A DNA stretch of 33,377 nucleotides from the NCBI GenBank assembly GCA_003565815.1, contig PXAS01000174.1, forward strand, positions 1-33,377, given 5' to 3'. A model generated the notes under the pieces. The model ran no database searches. It saw nothing but the letters and a program-made list of their open reading frames with translations, and was not told the DNA's origin. Numbering within the stretch: the stretch's first letter is position 1; every line of letters begins with the position of its first letter. Below are positions 30,256 to 33,377 of this stretch, piece by piece. Both the position numbers and the translations under genes were made by a program. This DNA is from PVC group bacterium (lineage in GTDB: Bacteria; Verrucomicrobiota; Kiritimatiellia; SS1-B-03-39; UBA6053).

Positions 30256-31835
30256 GAATCAAAGCCCCCCTCCTTGCCTGCCTGATCGGCCTCTGCGGCC
30301 TCACCGCCCTGCGCGCCCAAACCCCGGAAGAATTACGCGACGCCCGTCGGCTTCGCGCCGACGCCGCCTATCTCGAATTGAAAGGTGACACAGTACAAGC
30401 CATCGAAAAATATGAAGCCAGCCTGAAAATTCTGCCCGATGCCGTCATCGCGCAAAAAGTCGCGGAAATGAAAAGTGCCGCGCCCGCCCTTGCCCCCGCG
30501 GCAGATGTTTCGCAGCTCTCAGGCGAAATATATGCCAAACTGGACCTCAATGGCTACATGCTGTTCCAACTCAACGCGGAAAGCCTGCTGAAACCCGTGC
30601 GCGAAGAGATCACCACGCTCATCAAGATCTTGCAAACCGCCATAGAGCAAGAAGGCGAACTCGAGGAAGCAGACGAACAGTACATCGCAACCCTGAAACA
30701 GGTCGATCCCTTCCTGGACTGGCTGGGACTGTACGCCATCCGGGGGATCGGTGTCAGCGTGGCGCCCGTCGGCCCCAGGATCTCCCGCACCAAAACCTAC
30801 GTGCGCATTGATGAAACCGGGGCCGACCGCGCCCTCTGGCGCCTGGCGGGTGCCCCGGCTTCCAAAAGCAACCTGGGCTATTTCCCCGAGGATACCGCCC
30901 TGGCCTTCTCCGCGAACGTTGCCCCCGGCGATTTGTGGGCCCTGGTTCAGGACGGCTTTATGACTTTCGCCCCCGATCAGGTCGAAATGATGGGCATCCC
31001 TCTCGGAACAATCGCCGAAATCCTCCCAGAAGGTGTTGACCCCGTTGATCTGATCACCTCCCTCAAGGGCGGAATCTTCGCAGGGGTCCTCCTCTCCGAT
31101 ACCACCCGCGTAAAATTTCCGCTACCCAACGAAGAAATTCTCGACATTCCCCAACCCGGTCTGATCCTCGGCATCCGTTGCGAAAACGACCTGCTCCACG
31201 AAACCTTGCTCAGATTCCTGCGGGACGAGGCGGAAATACCCTTGACCGAACAAACGGCTGCGGGAACCACGATTCACTTCTTCCCCATGCCCGTGCCCCT
31301 GCCTTTCCCCGTGCACCCCGCCATGGCCCTGCACCAGGGAACCTTGCTTCTCGCCTCCCATCCCGATGTGCTGCAACGGGCCCTCACCGGCCACGCCCGG
31401 GGCGGCGGACTCCTCACCAGCCCCGCCTTCCTCGAAACCAACGGGCCCCTGCCGGAAACCCTCAACGGATTCATGTACCTCAGCCAGAAATTTTTCAAGG
31501 AATACGACCATCTCTCCGTGAAAATGCTCGCCCAAAACATGAGTCCCGAGGGCTTGGCCAAACTGAACACCCAGCTTGACCGGCTCCCCGCCCGCCGGGA
31601 AGATAACTTCATCTCTTCCCACACCATTCGGGATGGCGATGGCATCCTCAGGGTTACCCTCGCCCGAAACCCCAACGAGCATCCCTGGGCGCCCTCCCTG
31701 GCCCGTGAAGCCACCATCCTCGCAGCCGTCGCCGAAGAACGAGCCCGCGAAATGCATCGAATCATGGAAGAGCATCAACGGGCGATGCAGGAATGGGAAG
31801 AGCAAATGCGGCAAATGGATCAGGAAAACGAGTAA
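30252..31835 (+). CDS. Secreted protein with N-terminal TPR-like module and ~430-aa unassigned domain
   Basis: The GTG start overlaps the protease stop (GTGA). Signal peptide: MRIKAPLLACLIGLCGLTALRA/QT. The module ELRDARRLRADAAYLELKGDTVQAIEKYEASLKILPDAVIAQKVAEMK lies at 30318-30479. I cannot assign the remainder; it is vaguely DUF3352-like from memory, unverified. The C-terminus is a charged helix (EERAREMHRIMEEHQRAMQEWEEQMRQMDQE). Confidence 0.8.
   Translation: MRIKAPLLACLIGLCGLTALRAQTPEELRDARRLRADAAYLELKGDTVQAIEKYEASLKILPDAVIAQKVAEMKSAAPALAPAADVSQLSGEIYAKLDLNGYMLFQLNAESLLKPVREEITTLIKILQTAIEQEGELEEADEQYIATLKQVDPFLDWLGLYAIRGIGVSVAPVGPRISRTKTYVRIDETGADRALWRLAGAPASKSNLGYFPEDTALAFSANVAPGDLWALVQDGFMTFAPDQVEMMGIPLGTIAEILPEGVDPVDLITSLKGGIFAGVLLSDTTRVKFPLPNEEILDIPQPGLILGIRCENDLLHETLLRFLRDEAEIPLTEQTAAGTTIHFFPMPVPLPFPVHPAMALHQGTLLLASHPDVLQRALTGHARGGGLLTSPAFLETNGPLPETLNGFMYLSQKFFKEYDHLSVKMLAQNMSPEGLAKLNTQLDRLPARREDNFISSHTIRDGDGILRVTLARNPNEHPWAPSLAREATILAAVAEERAREMHRIMEEHQRAMQEWEEQMRQMDQENE
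30318..30479 (+). other. Locus-specific TPR-like module (copy in last operon gene)
   Basis: See 10154-10315. The module sits directly after the signal peptide, as in the Sel1 protein. Confidence 0.65.
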
Positions 31836-32178
31836 AGACTCTCTCGAAACATCACGTTTCCTTCGTGCTATTCCGTGCTGCAACCGAAAGAAGGTTTCAG
31901 GCGTCAATGACAATTTGCCCATCCGGATGCTTTTCGCATTCAGAAGCTCCATTTGGGCAAGGCCGCACTTGATGCCAAAGGCATCACTTTCATGTCAATC
32001 AGCCAGTACTCTGTCAACCAGAAATCTTCGGATAGGATTGGTCTATACGGCTGATTTTTTGAAATTTGAAAAAAAGACCGGCGCAAAGTCTTCCGTAAAA
32101 AAAACAGCCATAATTGGTCTATTTTGGATGCTGGGGATGGGAGGAGGGGCTTGTTGCTCTATTTCGGCATGTTTCGCC

Positions 32179-32223
32179 GTTTTGCGTTTTTTCGTAAGTC
32201 ACACTTGTGAAAAATCGCAAAAC
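32179..32223. other. 45-nt near-perfect inverted repeat / long hairpin in noncoding DNA
   Basis: GTTTTGCGTTTTTTCGTAAGT-CAC-ACTTGTGAAAAATCGCAAAAC. Pairing 32179:32223 inward gives 21 stacked positions with one T:T mismatch and two G:T wobbles, around a 3-nt loop. Confidence 0.4.
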
Positions 32224-32306
32224 AAGATGCTTGTTGCGGCCTTTCCGACGCCCTGAACCCCACAAAACTTTCAAATTCAACACTTCAAAAAAAGATTCTA
32301 CGCATA

Positions 32307-32367
32307 CTTCGCTATCTTTGCGTGCTTCTGTTCCATTCACCAGGGTTTTGAACAGAAGGAAGCGAAG
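32307..32367. other. Nested stem-loop (7-bp outer + 9-bp inner stem) in noncoding DNA
   Basis: The outer stem pairs CTTCGCT (32307-32313) with AGCGAAG (32361-32367). The inner stem pairs CTTCTGTTC (32325-32333) with GAACAGAAG (32350-32358), around a 16-nt loop. It lies ~180 nt upstream of the nitroreductase ATG. Confidence 0.3.
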
Positions 32368-32545
32368 GGAAACGGAAAAGGGTTTTCGGGAGTTTTCATG
32401 AGCGGAGCCTCGCTTCCAGTCGGGGGTCAGATTTGGAAAAGACCTGTTTCTATATTTCTCCGTTTCAAAAAATACGACGGAATCTTTTTGTAAGGAAGGT
32501 GATACTTCAGGGAATCATCACTGTCATCCCCATCCCCAATTTTTT

Positions 32546-33166
32546 ATGAATGTACTCGAAGCAATTCAAACACGCAGGGCCGCAAAGGCTTTCGACCCCC
32601 ACCATCGCATTCCCGAGGCACAGCTCCGGGAGATCCTCCGTGCCGGCGCATTGGCCCCCACCGCTTTCAACATTCAGCACAATCGCTTGCTGGTCGTCGA
32701 AGATCCCGAAAAACGCCGGGCGCTCCGGGAGGTGTCCTGGAACCAGCCGCAGGTCACCGATGCCTCCGCCCTGATCGTGGTTTGCGCGGACGTGCAGGCC
32801 TGGCAGAAAAATCCGGCCCGCTATTGGCGGAACACCCCGGAAGAAGTGCAAAAAACGCTCGTGGGGGCCATCCAGACTTATTACACGGGTCGGACTCAGG
32901 CCCAACGCGACGAAGCCCTGCGATCCACGGGCATGGCCGCCATGAACCTGATGTTGGCGGCGAAATCACTCGGATACGACTCCTGCCCCATGGACGGATT
33001 TGATTTTGAAGCCGTGGCCGAGATCATTCGCCTGCCCGAGGACCACCTCATCAGTATGTTTGTCGCCATCGGACGGAACACCGAAGCACCCAAACCCCGC
33101 AGCGGGCCGCTGGAGGATCACGAAAGCGTCCTCATTGATGCCTTTCCCCGGGACGACGGAAACTGA
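32546..33166 (+). CDS. Nitroreductase-family (NAD(P)H-flavin oxidoreductase) protein
   Basis: 206-aa ORF. The N-terminal IQTRRAAKAFDPHHRIPEAQLREILRAGALAPTAFNIQHNRLLVV matches the family hallmark (RRS.R.F....i....l..il.aa..APS..N.QP..f.vv). SLGYDSCPMDGFD follows later. Confidence 0.9.
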   Translation: MNVLEAIQTRRAAKAFDPHHRIPEAQLREILRAGALAPTAFNIQHNRLLVVEDPEKRRALREVSWNQPQVTDASALIVVCADVQAWQKNPARYWRNTPEEVQKTLVGAIQTYYTGRTQAQRDEALRSTGMAAMNLMLAAKSLGYDSCPMDGFDFEAVAEIIRLPEDHLISMFVAIGRNTEAPKPRSGPLEDHESVLIDAFPRDDGN

Positions 33167-33257
33167 CCCTGTCGCCGGACCGCACATTCCGTGCGTTCAT
33201 CCACGCTGACCCGGTGCCGTTGCCCGTCGGGTGAAGTCACCCACATGAGGGCCGGGA

Positions 33258-33377
33258 TCACACCATGACCGCCCAGAGGATGCCGACGGTGATGGCGGTG
33301 GCGATGAGTCCGGCCACGTTGGGGCCCATGGCATGCATGAGCAAATAATTGTGTGGATTTTCCTCGGTGGCCACTTG
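33258..33377 (-). CDS. Partial (3' end only) CDS for a hydrophobic membrane protein, family not identified
   Basis: The reverse frame entering from the right edge reads QVATEENPHNYLLMHAMGPNVAGLIATAITVGILWAVMV-stop (TGA, complement of 33258-33260). It ends in a TM-like segment and converges on the nitroreductase gene. At 39 codons it is too short for a firm call. Confidence 0.4.
   Translation of the reverse strand, partial: QVATEENPHNYLLMHAMGPNVAGLIATAITVGILWAVMV

Noticed and set aside
31836-31875. Possible rho-independent terminators after the plus-arm operon (GAAACATCACGTTTC), and after the nitroreductase gene (GGGTGAAGTCACCC at ~33228-33241)
   Set aside because: The stems are only 5 bp, AT-poor tails are absent, and no U-tract follows. 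This is too weak to call.
31576-32401. ORFs 31576-32256 (+, 226 aa), 32119-32340 (-, 73 aa) and 32207-32401 (+, 64 aa) in or entering the long intergenic gap
   Set aside because: The first is mostly an alternative frame of the 30252-31835 gene. The others are short and compositionally odd, with no SD or motif. The region is treated as noncoding.

Overview
This is a 33.4-kb bacterial window of moderately GC-rich coding DNA with AT-rich spacers. I found no rRNA, tRNA, CRISPR array, transposase or integrase. Almost all of it is two divergently transcribed, tightly packed gene arms that meet at a 190-bp T-tract-rich spacer (15560-15750).

Minus arm (15529 down to 146), in transcription order:
- LamG/GLUG/cadherin-like/FN3 surface protein
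- beta-barrel OMP-like protein, joined by a TAATG stop/start overlap
- Sel1-repeat protein
- 2442-aa secreted giant protein
- membrane-anchored protein with a truncated FGE-sulfatase-fold domain

Plus arm (15751 to 31835), in transcription order:
- ~1895-aa secreted giant protein whose first ~300 residues are paralogous to the 2442-aa protein
- secreted SH3b+vWA protein
- MacB/FtsE-type ABC ATPase
- FtsX-type permease with a ~430-aa periplasmic domain
- secreted, cysteine-free FGE-sulfatase-fold protein
- two coiled-coil lipoproteins, one with a SlyB-like glycine zipper
- S41 PDZ protease lipoprotein
- secreted protein that opens with a TPR-like module

Several plus-arm junctions are 4-nt ATGA/GTGA overlaps. 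Every product except the ABC ATPase has a signal peptide, lipobox or TM anchor. A ~50-aa TPR-like module recurs in four (possibly five) proteins on both arms, including a 7-copy tandem array.

I read the locus as a candidate cell-envelope system, uncharacterised as far as I know. It pairs paralogous giant secreted proteins with an ATP-driven type-VII ABC mechanotransducer, vWA and FGE-fold binding modules, and a periplasmic protease.

The right edge holds 710 bp of noncoding DNA with long hairpins, a nitroreductase-family gene, and the 3' end of a convergent membrane-protein gene.

All domain calls come from motif recognition by eye. No database search or structure prediction was possible.
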